Source of the DNA: Octopus sinensis | Taxonomy: Eukaryota | DNA length: 64,000 nt | Direction of reading: 5' to 3' | Assembly: GCF_006345805.1 (NCBI RefSeq) | Contig: NC_043011.1 | Location: 56,246,464 to 56,310,463 of the forward strand | Shown: piece by piece, positions 36,852 to 49,620 of the stretch | Position numbering within the stretch: position 1 is the stretch's first letter | Layout of the letters: every line of letters starts with the position of its first letter | The notes under the pieces: model-generated | The model's database searches: none | Told to the model about the DNA's origin: nothing | What the model saw: only the letters and a program-made list of their open reading frames with translations | Made by a program: the position numbers and the translations under genes

Positions 36852-37639
36852 TGCCTCTTGTGCCAAAAAGTTAGTCACCAAAACAGGCTGGATGTCCAGA
36901 CAGCTGTGCCAAATCGTCCCATTTCCTTTACTTTATCGATCTTGTGAGAAACGAAAGGCAAACCATTCTTTTGGTAAATCCTGTAAACTATTCCTGTTTC
37001 ACAAATTGGTTTTGCTCACTCAATGCTGACATTTATGTAAGTATGGCCTTCCATACAGCTTGTTTACCAAATTCCAATCATATGTCACTGGTCAACCTGA
37101 GCTCATAGCAGGGGACAATTTCCCAAAATGTCACACAGCAGGATTGAACCTGGAACCATGTGGTTGTGAAGTAAACTTTTTCACCACCCATCCATGTGTG
37201 TGTGTGTGATATATTTACATTGCTGATTGGGCTGTCAGTGACTAGACTGACACCCCTACCGACCCTGCTTGGCAAGGTCTTTATTGAACACTCTGCAGAC
37301 AAAAAACAAAACCTGTCAAAGTTCAGATAAATTCTACAGCCATCCAACATCTGGGAGCAAGAGACTCCTAGTTTTTGTCTGGACATCTTCCAAAGAGAAG
37401 GAAATCTCTGGTGTAACACCAACAACTTTGTGTCCTGTAATATGGATTAGTTCTTCTTTTGTGACGAACGTATGCAGTTTACAGAATGGAGTCGACCCTG
37501 TGCAAAGTTTTTGCTCGCTTGAAAAAACTTCAAGCGCAGGTAAGTCCATCTGCTACTGAGCAGATTATGATTATTTAAGCATAGGCTACAGGTGTCAACC
37601 TAAAAAGAAAACCAAGAGAGGATTCGTCCCTACAGGTAG

Positions 37640-38340
37640 TAGGATGGTTATGGCTCCCTGTGACAAACTCCTGCATCCAGAACTTCTCTGTTGTCTTGAT
37701 TTTGTCTGGTGGCCAGATACCAGAAGAGCAGAAACAGAGGATTGTGGTAGATGCTCAGCAATTCTACCTCACCTTAAAAATCTTGCACAAGTCAGTACAG
37801 CTTTAATGGGGGTTTTTTGGGTTGGATGGGGAGCAATGACAGTAGAGCTGGAAGGTTGGGAACTGTCAGTCATAAATTCACACCCCAAATGGCTCAGGGT
37901 ATTTGGTTGTTTCTTGCAAACAAAGCAGCACTGAGCTCCAATAGGCCCCTGTTGCAGGAACACATTGCTCACCTCCTTAGAACAAGAAAGGGGCTAGAAA
38001 AAGGTGTCTCCTAAAACTGCTACTTTATTCCTTCCTGGCTAGCAGACCGAGGCTGACAGGATGCAGACATAACATAGGCCGTTGGTGCATGGAATGTATG
38101 CATTTTGCTTGGTAACAACCAAGGAGAAAGACCAGCAAGATTAGCCCTTGTTGGTAAAGAATTATGAAGGGATCACTGGGATACAGTAGAATCACAAGAA
38201 GGCTAACTGTGAAGTCAAGCTATAAATGTTGCAAATGCAGTGGAACAATATAAAAGAACAATGTTGGGGTGGATTCTTTTAAAATGCTTGGCTGGCTCAC
38301 TTGAAGTAGTTGATAGCTTCTACTACCTGGGCAACACAAT
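37640..38340 (+). mobile_element. RTE LINE relics (5' region/APE start and RT piece)
   Basis: GAWNVCILL...ERPARLALVGKE resembles the RTE endonuclease start; SLEVVDSFYYLGNTI resembles the RT C-terminus. Confidence 0.55.
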
Positions 38341-39418
38341 TATTTTGTTCATGTCAACAACTGCAATACACACACACACACATAATGTTGTTAAATCAGG
38401 AAGTGAATTGTCTTTAGTTCAACAGCAGCTGATGTAGTGAACAGTCCCTGAAGGCCTCCTTGTTGGTTAGTTCTGACATACCTGGTCCATAACTTAATAT
38501 TCTATTGGATTCTTAATTTTTAAAAATTAGGATTTCAATGCCTCAACAATTCCATTCTCTCCCTCACCAAATTCTTTCTCCTTTTGGCAGAAGCTTCTTT
38601 TGTACTTCAACACAGTTTTGCCAGGAATAAAACCATAGCAACAAATGTTTTTAAATATTTTGTTCCTCAAATTTCCTTTTTAGTCTTAAAATGGACAAAA
38701 AAAATAGACCCACATCATATTCTTTAGTTTAGCAATCACGGTAGTGATTTTGGGAATGGAATAAACAGTCAACATGTATTCTTATAAATCTAGCATTCAA
38801 CATTTTCCAGCTGCGTTTTAAAGTGTTGCTGCTTTTAAACCAAATTTCCGACCCATCAACACGAACTGCTTCAGGGGAAATATTTTTCCAATCAAACGTT
38901 TGCAGTTTACATCATTGATTTCTCTTTCTTCAAGTTTAGATCGATTAACCAAAGCTAAAAGTAAAACTGCCAAAGGAATGGGGGTGGGGATATGATTTAA
39001 ACAAATTGACAGGGGAGGATTTTTTTTATCTTTCTTTGAAGGATTTCAGTTTTTTTTTTTTTTTACTCCATAGTTTAACACGTCCATCTCATCATTCTGT
39101 GACATTGTTTTTGTACAAAGATTCCTTGTATTTGGAATATTTGTTTTGAGAAAATTTTACAGGTGAAAATGCTAGAGAACTTGAATCAAAAATCAATTTT
39201 TCACATCCCAACTCAATTCAAGATTCCCATGTTAAGGATTTAGATTCCTTGTAAATCCCAGACAATACAAACTGGCAGAGTGAATTACGGTGCTGCAGAG
39301 ATCTACCATTTCTTTTCTGAAGCAACAAATGAAATTTTTCAAATTCAATTAACTTATTTCTCATCAACTCATCAAAGCAAAATAATGCATGATTCAGCCC
39401 TGTAGCTCCTATCAAACC

Positions 39419-39626
39419 TATTTCTTTACTACCCAGAAGGGGCTAAACACAGAGAGAACAAACGGATTATATCGACCCTAGTGCGTAACTGGTATTTATT
39501 TAATCGACCCCAAAAGGATGAAAGGCAAAGTCGACCTCAGCGGAATTTGGACTTAGAACGTAACGGCAGACGAAATACCGCTAAGCATTTCGCCCGGCAT
39601 GCTAACGATTCTGCCAGCTCCTGCCT
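39419..39626 (-). mobile_element. SINE family A
   Basis: Full head-core-tail; imperfect duplication TAGCTCC(T/G)ATCAAACC at 39403-39418 and 39637-39652. Confidence 0.9.
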
Positions 39627-40213
39627 TAAAACCATCTAGCTCCGATCAAACCATCCAACCCATGCCAGCAGGAGAAACCAACATTAATGATGATGATGAT
39701 GATTACCACAATGACAAGGAGAAGGTCATTGGTGGCATGGCTGTGGCGTTTAGAAAGTTCTTTTGCCACCACATTGTTTTGGGTTCGCCCCCACAGCGTA
39801 ACATCAAGAACATCAACTATAACCTTTGGGCCAATCAATGCTTTTTGAGTGAATTTGGTAGGCGGAAACTGTGATGAAGCCCATTGTATATTTTATATAC
39901 ATGTTGGTGAAAAACTCAGAGTGAGGTACCACGCAGTGGTAGATATAATATAAGTAAAGAGGCTACATTTATTGAAAAATACAACCCAGAATTTAACATG
40001 AATATATAATGAACTTTACAAATAAACCAAAACCAGAAAAAAGATTTACCTCCCCTTAGCTAAGAAATATTATATCCACTGATTATCCCTTTAGCTAAAA
40101 AACATTATATTCATTGATTATCCCCCTTGAGCTATACTCTCTTGTATAACAGCAAAACTATCATGCCTCCTTTGACACAAAATTAAATCAAAAACTTGTA
40201 ATTTCATAACATT

Positions 40214-40247
40214 GAGTCATGATTAGCAAAGCGAAACCGGTTGACTC
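40214..40247 (+). ncRNA. Degenerate minimal hammerhead relic
   Basis: GAGTC ATGATTA GC AAA GC GAAA CCGG TT GACTC; stem I and palindromic ACCGGT intact, core has two substitutions. Confidence 0.4.
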
Positions 40248-41689
40248 TATACATATTGTAATAGGTTAAATTATCTTTATCTACTCAAACAAGGTTTGTG
40301 TGCTTTTTCACCTTAAATCTTATTTTATAAGTGCATTTGCTTGTTTCCCTGCACTCACCACTTCACAATAGCTATTGATTTGTTTACATCCTGTAACTGA
40401 CAAATAGAATAAGTACCAGGCTTTAAAAGTAAGTGCTGATGTTGTTCTGTTCAAGTAAAACTGCTTAAGGCGGTGCCCCAGCATGGCTACAGACCAAAGT
40501 CTGAAACGAATGAAATGTAAAAGATGAATCACTGAGGCAACCAGATTTGAAAACATTGAGTGGATAAGAACTGTTTTTGCCCAGTTACCATTTTGTGGCG
40601 CCAAAAGAGAAATCAATTCTACTGGTTCCTCACCATCGTTGTTTGATTCATATATTTTTATGTAAGATTCTCCTGGTAACTCTACCCAGCGGAATCTGGT
40701 ATAAGTTTCTCTTAAAAAAAATAGTCAATGGGAAATGATAATTCTTCAGCAATATGGAATTTTGCTAAATGAAGAGAATGGTAAATACATTTTATGAGAA
40801 TTGAATTTAGATTCTCTAATTCCATTAAAGTGCAAAGAGAATTATTAAAGCTACAAAACTTGAAGATCCATCTATTGTAAAAAGGGCGAAAATGTTTCTA
40901 TTTATTTCCAGATGATGATGAGGAGGATGAGCTCAAAAACTTTGCCAAAAAGATTTTGGGATTGGATTCAACTCTAAAAACAAGCATCCAATTTTATTTT
41001 GCCATTTATGATAATATTTAACAAACACATACAAATCATCATCATCGTCATCATTGTTTAAATATTCACTTTTCTATGTTTGTATGTATCAGATGGAATT
41101 TGGTTGAGGCAGATTTTCTGTGGCTGGATGCTCTTCCTGTCACTAACCCTTATCTATTTCCAAACAAAATGATATTTCCTCAAGGCCGGATATATGTTGG
41201 AAGATTGGAAATAAACGATGGGATTCTTTCAGTTTCTATCTGCCAAATCCATCCAAAAGACTATAGAAGGCACATTCCCAAGGTGCCACACAGTGGAACT
41301 GAACCTGGAACCATGCCATTGGGTAGCAAACTTCTAAACCACACATCCACATCTGTCCCTTTCCAGAATCAAAAAGGACAGATTACTTTATCGCTTATGC
41401 CTTCAATTTGTTTCTTCAGTAAAGCTGGAGCAATAATATTTTTCATAGAAATGCTGTTTATAATGAAGAAATTCCCTTCGTTAACAAAAGCTCTTTAATG
41501 ATTCACATTAGAAACAGTTAAAGATCAAGCTACAAATTCTGCTAATTAGTTCTAATTTTGTTACTTTACTAATTAAAAGGGAAAAAAAAAACTGCTTTGA
41601 TAGTTTCTCGCAAATTTTATTCCAGCAAAAGAAGCCCACTTTATTCAATCAGGTTTAGGGTCTTCTACTTCCAACGGGTCTTGCCCTGG

Positions 41690-42060
41690 TCCTCACTCAA
41701 TTTCACAACTGTGCATCCATTAGCTAGGATATCTACTTTTGATTGTTTCACTCACTGGACTGTGGCCATGCTGCAGCACCACCTTAAAGCATTTAGCCAA
41801 TCAAACTGTTCCTAACAACTTATTCCTTTTTTAAGTATGGTACACACTCAATTGTTCTCTTTTGCTGAACCACTAAGTTACAGAGAAGTATCAGGTGGTG
41901 GGTGCAAGGGGGAGGACACACACACATGATATCTACAAAGCCTTAAGTCAGTCCAGGGCCATAGTAGAAGACACTTGCCCAAGGTGCCATACATAGGACT
42001 GAACCTGAAATCCCATGGTTGCAAAGCAAGCTTCTTCACCACATAGCCGTCCTTGCATCC
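41690..42060 (-). mobile_element. tRNA-derived SINE family B (also about 6690, 10823, 35600, 37100, 41250, 47240)
   Basis: Head GGC(A/T)TGGCTGTGTGGTAAGAAGCTTGC...GGTTCAG..CACCTTGGGCAAGTGTCTTCTACTAT; tail GGTG(C/T)TCCAGCATGGCC. Confidence 0.75.
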
Positions 42061-42662
42061 CTGTGAAACATTTTATCATATTTTAGCCATTTGCTCTTTT
42101 CCGAAATGGTTAAGTTTTGGAATAATGAAGATTTGGTAAAAGAAATCATTTGTTCAGACTTCTACTACATGACTGATTAACTGTAGCTAATAACTTCTGG
42201 TTCACTTTATTATATCAAGAAGCCTCCATGTGACTGCTTGATATGCTAGAAATAGCTGTCAAATATCCTTCAATTCAATCCTTATCATTCTAAATAAAGA
42301 GGAAAAGGCTGAAAACATTGGATAATCCTGCTTAGGAGTTAGCAATTGTATAGATTTGTTAATAAATCTCTCTTTTTCTCCACAACTGGCAAAGATTATC
42401 CCTAGAGGTAAAGTGTTACTAAACAATACCATCGACAGAACCTGCCTGTCAATGATTCAATCCAGAATTCAATAATTCTGTGAAATACATTAATTAACTT
42501 TAATTATCAAAATATTTTGAGTTTGAAATTAATTTTATGCAATTTTGATATTTTGCATTGAATTTAGGATGAAAATATATAAGATATTAACAAATATATA
42601 ATGATCGGTTAAGAGTGTGTGATGTAATAACAATTACATGGTGAAATCAGCAACAGCAGTAA

Positions 42663-43010
42663 GTGGAGGCGCAATGGCCCAATGGTTAGGGCAGCAGACT
42701 TGCAGTCGGAGGATCGCGGTTTCAATTCCCAGACCAGGCGTTGTGTGTTTACTGAGTGAAAACACTTAAAGCTCCGCGAGGCTCCGGCAGGGGGTGGTGG
42801 CGACCCCTACTGTACTCTTTCGCCCCAACTTTCTCTCACTCTTTCTTCCTGTTTCTTGTCCCTTACTTCCTACGCAAGCGCTGAGCCTGGATGCGCATTC
42901 ATCCATCCGTCGATGCTCTCGGTGTCGGGGGTTGACCTGCTTTCTCTTCTGCGGGTCTTGTGAATAGCAAAGGACCACGTTTCGGACTTCTCCCACTAAA
43001 GGGACGAAGA
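42663..43010 (+). mobile_element. tRNA-derived SINE family C with different 3' tail
   Basis: GGCGCAATGGCCCAATGGTTAGGGCAGC...GGTTTCAATTCCCAGACC head; diverges from the 15.5 kb copy after about 42856. Confidence 0.8.
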
Positions 43011-43164
43011 CCATTCGCTCAACAGCAACAGCAGTAAGAACTGAAGAATTGGAGAAGGAATGAATATGCAGCACAATGGTACACAAGAGAGCCCTTGGAT
43101 GGGGCCTTGGGAAAGGAACTGCGAAACTTATATAACATTGTGTCTTAAATGAGAATAGCAATGA

Positions 43165-43955
43165 TGATGATGATCATCATCATCATCGTTTAATGTCCGC
43201 TTTCCCTGCTAGCATGGGTTGGACGAATGACTGAGGGCTGACGAACCAAATGGCCGCACCAGGTTTCAATCTTGATCTGGCAGAGTTTCTACAGCTGGAT
43301 GCCCTTCCTAACACCAATCACTCCGATGATGATGTCAGATAAGTTCAGTTAAACCCAGCAAGTGGCCTCAAAACGATCAAAACCCACTGAAATCCCTGCT
43401 TGCTTTAAATTGTCATTGTTTTGAGCCAAAGTTAAAAAATCTTCAGACTGTGTCTTATGAATGCGAGAGTTAATCTGTTCCAAGATCATCTGATTGTCAA
43501 AGATTTATGTATTTGAAATGATGGCCTCATGGGCCCAGCCCTTATAAAACAGCAGATAAACTGGTATCAAAAATATTCTTTAATTTCATTCACTAACACA
43601 CAAGTGGTTGGGTGCAAAAAAAGCTTTGGATTCACAACATCAATTGTGCTGGTGGCATGTGAAACATTCGAGCGAGGTTGTCGCCAGTGCCGCTGGACTA
43701 GCTCCTGTGCAGGTGGTACATAAAAGGCACCATTTGGGTGTGGCCATTGCCAGTACCACCAAACTGGCCATCATGCTGGTGGCACGTAAAAACACCCTCT
43801 ACACTCTCGGAGTGGTTGGCATTAGGAAGGGCATCCAGCTGTAGAAACTCTGCCAGATCAGATTGGAGCCTGGTTCGCCAAACCTCAGTCAAATCGTCCA
43901 ACCCATGCTAGCATGGAAAGCAGACATTAAATGATGATGATGATGATGATGATGA
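43165..43955. mobile_element. Two RTE 3'-end copies in inverted orientation (43165-43325 -, 43620-43955 +)
   Basis: Shared GCTAGCATGG / GGATGCCCTTCC blocks on opposite strands. Confidence 0.85.
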
Positions 43956-44589
43956 ATTGGCAGCTGTTGCAGATAATTATTGAAAGATAATAAACAAAGG
44001 AGGATCTCTGGTGTAATGTTACAAAGATTGAAGATTAGGGTGTCCTTTGAGGTTGAGTTGAAGATTAGGGTGTCCTTTGAGGTTGAGTTGAAGATTAGGG
44101 AGTCTCTAGTACTACAGACATGAGGTTAGAATGCCACAAGAAAGGATTCTAAGACAGATTCTTCAAGCTGAGCCGCCAACCAGCAGGAGACTGATGGTCA
44201 GATAATATCCCTAGTTTCAGCTGGAATCTCGAAGGGAAGTGTAATAATGGTTGTTGCTGATAGAACTCTATGGACAGAGGTGACTTAGGTCTCTAAACCC
44301 CATGACCCTCCCAGGAATAATGGGCAACAATAGATGGATAGGCACATACTGGGATTTTGTCCTAAACTTCCATACAGATTCATGATGGTATTACATAGCA
44401 ACAAGTTTAAATCCATCATTTATAATTCCTTGATTACTCTGGTCGGAAACCATCTTTTGTTAGAATTGACAAATATCAATTAAATGTTAATCTTTGTTCA
44501 TAGATCTGGCTGAACCTGATCAATCAACTCAATATTCTGAGGCATTTCAGCTGCTACCACCTCATCATATTTTTCAGGCATAGTACATA

Positions 44590-44760
44590 GCACCCACTAC
44601 ACTCTCAGGGTGGTTGGCGTTAGGAAGGGCATCCAGCTGTAGAAATATTGCCAGATCAAACTGGAGCCCGGTGCAGTATCCTGGCTTTCCAGACCCCAGT
44701 TGAACCATCCAACCCATGCCATCATGGAAAATGGACATTAAATGATGATGATGATGATCA
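44590..44760 (+). mobile_element. RTE 3'-end copy
   Basis: AGCACCCACTACACTCTC...(ATG)n. Confidence 0.8.
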
Positions 44761-45270
44761 AAAGGGTATGATTTGTGGGGAATTTGGCTGCCATATCTAG
44801 CAGACTGAATAACCACCTCAAGATTCCATTGTTGGCTGAGCAATGCTGGATAGAATTGTGATGTCTGTTCCAATGTGTGCTGAAGTCAAAACAACTGAAT
44901 TTAAATATTGCCTTGAGAGTTAATGTTGAAAACAAAAAAAATCAGACAATGTCTGAAAAAAATTATGAAAGTTTCAGAATTGTAATAAAAAGATAATAAA
45001 AAGATGATAAATATAAACTGGAAAAGTTTAGGAGAAAATTTTTGTTTTTTGTTTTTTCTTCCACAATGAATTATTATAATCATGTTTTGAACATGACATG
45101 CTTGAGAGAGGAGCTGCTACGTGTGTGTGTGTGTGTGTGCTTATATATATATAAATTAATATAAGCAGCAAGGTGCAATATAATACCATAAAAGAAAAAT
45201 TTAATTGTCACTAAGTGTCGCTGCCAAAGCACCTATACTGCAAGAAATGGAGTTAAAAACTCTTAATGAC

Positions 45271-45302
<32 letters not shown>

Positions 45303-45307
45303 TAAAG

Positions 45308-45540
45308 AAGGCGGCAAGCTGGCAGAAACGTTAGCACACCGGGCGAAATGCGCAGCCGTATTTCGTCTGCCGTTACGTTCTGGGTTCAAATTCCGCCGAG
45401 GTCGACTTTGCCTTTCATGCTTTCGGGCTCGATAAATTAAGTACCAGTTACGCACTGGGGTCGATGTAATCGACTTAATCCATTTGTCTGTCCTTGTTTG
45501 TCCCCTCTATGTTTGGCCCCTTGTGGGTAGTAAAGAAATA
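45308..45540 (+). mobile_element. SINE family A
   Basis: Full-length copy ending in (TA)n. Confidence 0.92.
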
Positions 45541-45577
45541 TATATATATATATATATATTTGTATTTATGTGCCCAT

Positions 45578-45650
45578 CTGGTATATTCAACTGATGAAGG
45601 CAGAGCTTATTGGAAGCAAAGCCAGAAATCCAGGATCTTGAATTATCCAG
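45578..45650 (+). ncRNA. Type I hammerhead ribozyme-like motif, extended
   Basis: Stem I CTGG-TAT-ATTCAA / TTGAAT-TAT-CCAG; core CTGATGA and GAAA; stem II GGC/GCC plus GCTT/AAGC; stem III ATCC-A-GGAT; AUC triplet. Confidence 0.7.
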
Positions 45651-46218
45651 TAAAATCTTTTTTTGCTAGTTTATTTTGTCTCTCTGTCTTATTTTATGGC
45701 ACGATATGAACATTTAAGGTGGTTTTTAAGATCAGGGTTTTGATTGCTATTTCGGCATGGTGGTATCTCTCAGATACCCTTATTTATACTTTTAAATAAT
45801 TATTACCTTTGTATGGTATTTATTCCCATGCTGGACACTTGATAAGATCAATATTTAAATATTGATATTATCCTTATTTATAAATATATATATGTATAAT
45901 GATGATGATGATTGCTTCATCTTGAGAGATGATAGCTGTCCCATCAACACACATGCCTACCCCATCACACAGTACAATCCATTCATTGATGAGCCCTTAA
46001 ATGACTTTTAAGACCAGCTGCTGACTGACAGGGTTTAAAACACAAGAGACAGATATTATTCAAGTATGTTGCATATCTTTGCCATTTGGAATCTGATCTT
46101 CAAGCAATTTTTTTGTGAACTAGCATGTCTTTTAAGTCCAGACAGTGTCTTCCTTGCTAGCACAGAAAACGGATGTTAAACGATGATGATGATGATAATG
46201 ATATATATATACACACAT

Positions 46219-46632
46219 AAAGGTGGCGAGCTGGTAGAAACGTTGGCATGCCGGGCGAAATGCGTAGCCGTATTTCGTCTGCCGCTACGTTCTGAGTTCA
46301 AATTCCGCCGAGGTCGACTTTGCCTTTCATCCTTTCGGGTCGATAAATTAAGTACCAGTTATGCACTGGGGTCGATGTAATTGACTTAATCTGTTTGCCT
46401 GTCCTTGTTTGTCCCCTCTGCGTTCAGCCCCTTGTTGGTAGTAAAGAAATAGGTATTTCGTCTGCGGTTACGTTCTGAGTTCAAATTCTGCCGAGGTCGA
46501 CTTTGCCTTTCATCCTTTCAGGGTTGATAAATTAAGTACCAGTTAAGCACTGGGATTGATATAATCGACTTAATCTGTTTGTCTGTCCTTGTTTGTCCCC
46601 TGTGTTTAGCTCCTTGTTGGTAGTAAAGAGAT

Positions 46633-46633
<1 letters not shown>
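46219..46633 (+). mobile_element. SINE family A tandem dimer
   Basis: Full unit 46219-46451, then a headless unit from GGTATTTCGTC. Confidence 0.92.
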
Positions 46634-46678
<45 letters not shown>

Positions 46679-48407
46679 TGTGTGTATGTGAGTAAAGAGA
46701 TAGATATATATATACACACATTGTGTGTATGTGAGTAAATGGATAGATTGATTGATAAACAGTTGTTCAAAAATCCATTATAGATCTTCAAGTAGTACAA
46801 CTAAATGTTTTCTTTAAGAAACACACACACACACACAAACACATCTACCTGTGTTACATGTATGACTCCACCATTATATTAGAACTTTATAGAATTGCAA
46901 GTTGGCAGTTCTCCAATAACTGTGATATTGATGAGACATTCAGGCTCTTGTTGTTAAGGGAAGCACCAAAGGACAGTAAATATATTTACATTACAAAATC
47001 TTTCAAAAACCAATCACCAGAAATATTGATAACGATCCGAGTGTTTTTAACTTTTTCGCTAATGACAATGATGTGTGTCTTTATGCAACAGTTACAGGTT
47101 ATAATGAGGATAATCAGAAAACCGTAAGCCCCACAACAATAGAGGAATATATAATTCAAAGAGATGGAGATTTGGTCAACATAAAATCATGTCTCACCAG
47201 GGCACAGCAGCCATTTACTTTAATCAAAAGACAGGCAAAGGCATGGCTGTGTGGTAAGAAGCTTGCTTTTTTCAACCAACCACATGGTTCTGGGTTCAGT
47301 TCTACTGCTTGACACCTTGGGCCCACCCAAGCCTTGTGAGTGGATTTGGTAGATGGGAGCTGAAAGAAACCAGGGCTGCAGTAGAAGACACTTGTCCTAA
47401 GTGCTGCACAGTGAGATTGATCCCAAGACCACAAGGTTGGGAAGCCATTCCTTTGCCTATTATGGACATAAAACCCTGAAAAACGCTTGGAAGCTAGTGT
47501 TTAGCTATTGAGTCCCAGCTATGTAGCATTGTTATTTTACATATTCTCTCAATGGATAGAAGCAGTCCTAACTGGGTCTTATTTGTAGTTACAACCCTCC
47601 TAGATGTGTTAGAGAACCAGATCTCACTTGTACATCTGTCCTATGGATGGATGCCCTTCCTTCACACAGTATGCGGATTGGATGTATTTTATTGTGACAC
47701 CAACACTAAAGAGGTTGTCATGTTATCGACAAGACAAGAATAAAGAATTGTCTTGACTCCTTATCATTTCCTTAAACAGGCGTCACAGAGAAATGATCTG
47801 CTCTGTTCCTGGAAGTCATATGAACTGAGCCAGTGAAGAATAAAATGGTAAGGTTGGTGCTGACATTTTTAATGGAGTGGACCAAGAAATTTTAATTCAT
47901 TTGAATTACACTGTTGGGAGAAGAAGGGAGATGACCCTAGAATTTTAATTAATTAGAGTTGAAAGTCAGTAATGGCATGCTGAGAAAGTAGGACCTGGCA
48001 AATTGTGGGGTTTGAACTTATTACCTCTATGTTGGCATTTCAATAGTTTATCCCCTTGACCAGTTCCCTCGTACCAATCTGTAAATCAACAACTAATATC
48101 ATAACTCAGTAGATTTAGAAACCTTTGCGGTGACATTATAGAATGAACTCTCAAGGTTTGGTCACCAAATAAGTCATGGTCTCATATCCTAATAATTTAT
48201 TTTGAAAAAATAATACTGCAAGCTCTTGTTTGTTTGTGTGTTTGTAAACACACACACACACACATCACACAAAAGACAAAAGATGTGATAGAAATCACCA
48301 TAATGTCGATATCTAAAAATATCCAATAAATCATTAACAGGTGGATTTATTAGTGTGATATATAACAGGTGGATTAGAGACATTCAAACATAATTCTTAA
48401 TACATTA

Positions 48408-48763
48408 TTATAATACATTACATAGACCACATCTCCAACGAGATGTCGCCCTGGCCACATTAGTTCTGGACAGAGTCCTTGCATGGTTGCTGTTATGCGT
48501 GGTCAATTGTTCGTTCATTTCTTGGTGAGGATTCAATGAACCTACGTGATGTTCCTCATGTGTTGTTTCTAAAGATGGAGAGACTTCGTTAACTTCATTA
48601 CTAGTTTGATTGGGTTTTACAGAACTGGGAACAAATGATTTGGATTCTGTTGTACTTTTGCTATTCTCATCGTTAATAAAATAATGTGAAATTCGGTGGA
48701 TAATCTCCTTGTATTTATCCGCCAAGTCAGCAGTCATACCTGAGCTTCCATGTCCCCCAATAC
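48408..48763 (-). CDS. Death + TIR_2 protein, terminal exon ending in CaaX motif
   Basis: tttgcag acceptor; GIGGHGSSGMTADLADKYKEIIHRI...SRWRCGLCNVL followed by TAA TAA; phase 1 joins the 50880 exon. Confidence 0.9.
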
Positions 48764-49124
48764 CTGCAAAATGATGAAGATTATTGGTAAGTTAAAAGAT
48801 AAATGCTAGACAAGATAGTTTGGGTCAGATTAACCAAGAAACAAGTTTAACAAATGCTCTGAGCCCTATACTTTCATCAATGATAATCAATGAATTTCAG
48901 AATCAATCAGTGATTGAACAGTAGGCCTGTTCTTCCCAACTGATCAGTTTGTGCTGCACAAGTATATGGAGTTCCATCAACAACAGATTGTTCCAGATAT
49001 AGAAACAATGTCACAAAAATGTCACTAAAATTCTGTACATCGAAGTTTGCCACTTGTTAAAACATATTTCTCAACTTTTATATCCTCCAAATATTTTAAT
49101 TCAGATAAACTTGTTTATAGACTA

Positions 49125-49620
49125 ACGTGGGAAGACCCGGCAGGACAAGTGAGACCATAACCCGTGGCCTCTACCTGGGACATAGCCAGTCCACTTATGC
49201 ATACCTTTCCTTCTTGTGACACAAACCCTACTTGTGAAGACCTGTTGAGGCAAGTGAAAATCAAAATCAAAATCGATCAACATCAATGGAAATTGTAGCT
49301 GTAATACCAGTGCCGGTGGCACGTAAGAGAACCATCTGAACGTGCCCGTTGCCAGCGCCGCCCCGACTGGCCTCCGTGTCGGTGGCACGTAAAAAGCACC
49401 ATCCGATCATGGCCATTTGCCAGCCTCACCTGGCACCTGTGCCAGTGGCACATAAAAAGCACCCACTACACTCACGGAGTGGTTGGCATCAGGAAGGCAT
49501 CCAGCTGTAGAAACTGCCAGATCAGACTGGGCCTGGTGCAGCCATCTGGTTCGCTAGTACTCAGTCAAATCATCCAACCCATGCTAGCATGGAAAATGGA
49601 TGTTAAATGATGATGATGAT
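49125..49620 (+). mobile_element. RTE 3'-end copy in last intron of TIR gene
   Basis: Homologous to 30740-31233. Confidence 0.88.

Noticed and set aside
37299-37539. Open plus-strand segment with CAG|GTAAGT donor
   Set aside because: Isolated, with no partner exons; faint resemblance to a mariner transposase relic. Not supportable either way.
42663-42740. tRNA gene
   Set aside because: A and B boxes are present, but there is no acceptor-stem closure and the sequence continues into a SINE body repeated at 15.8 kb.
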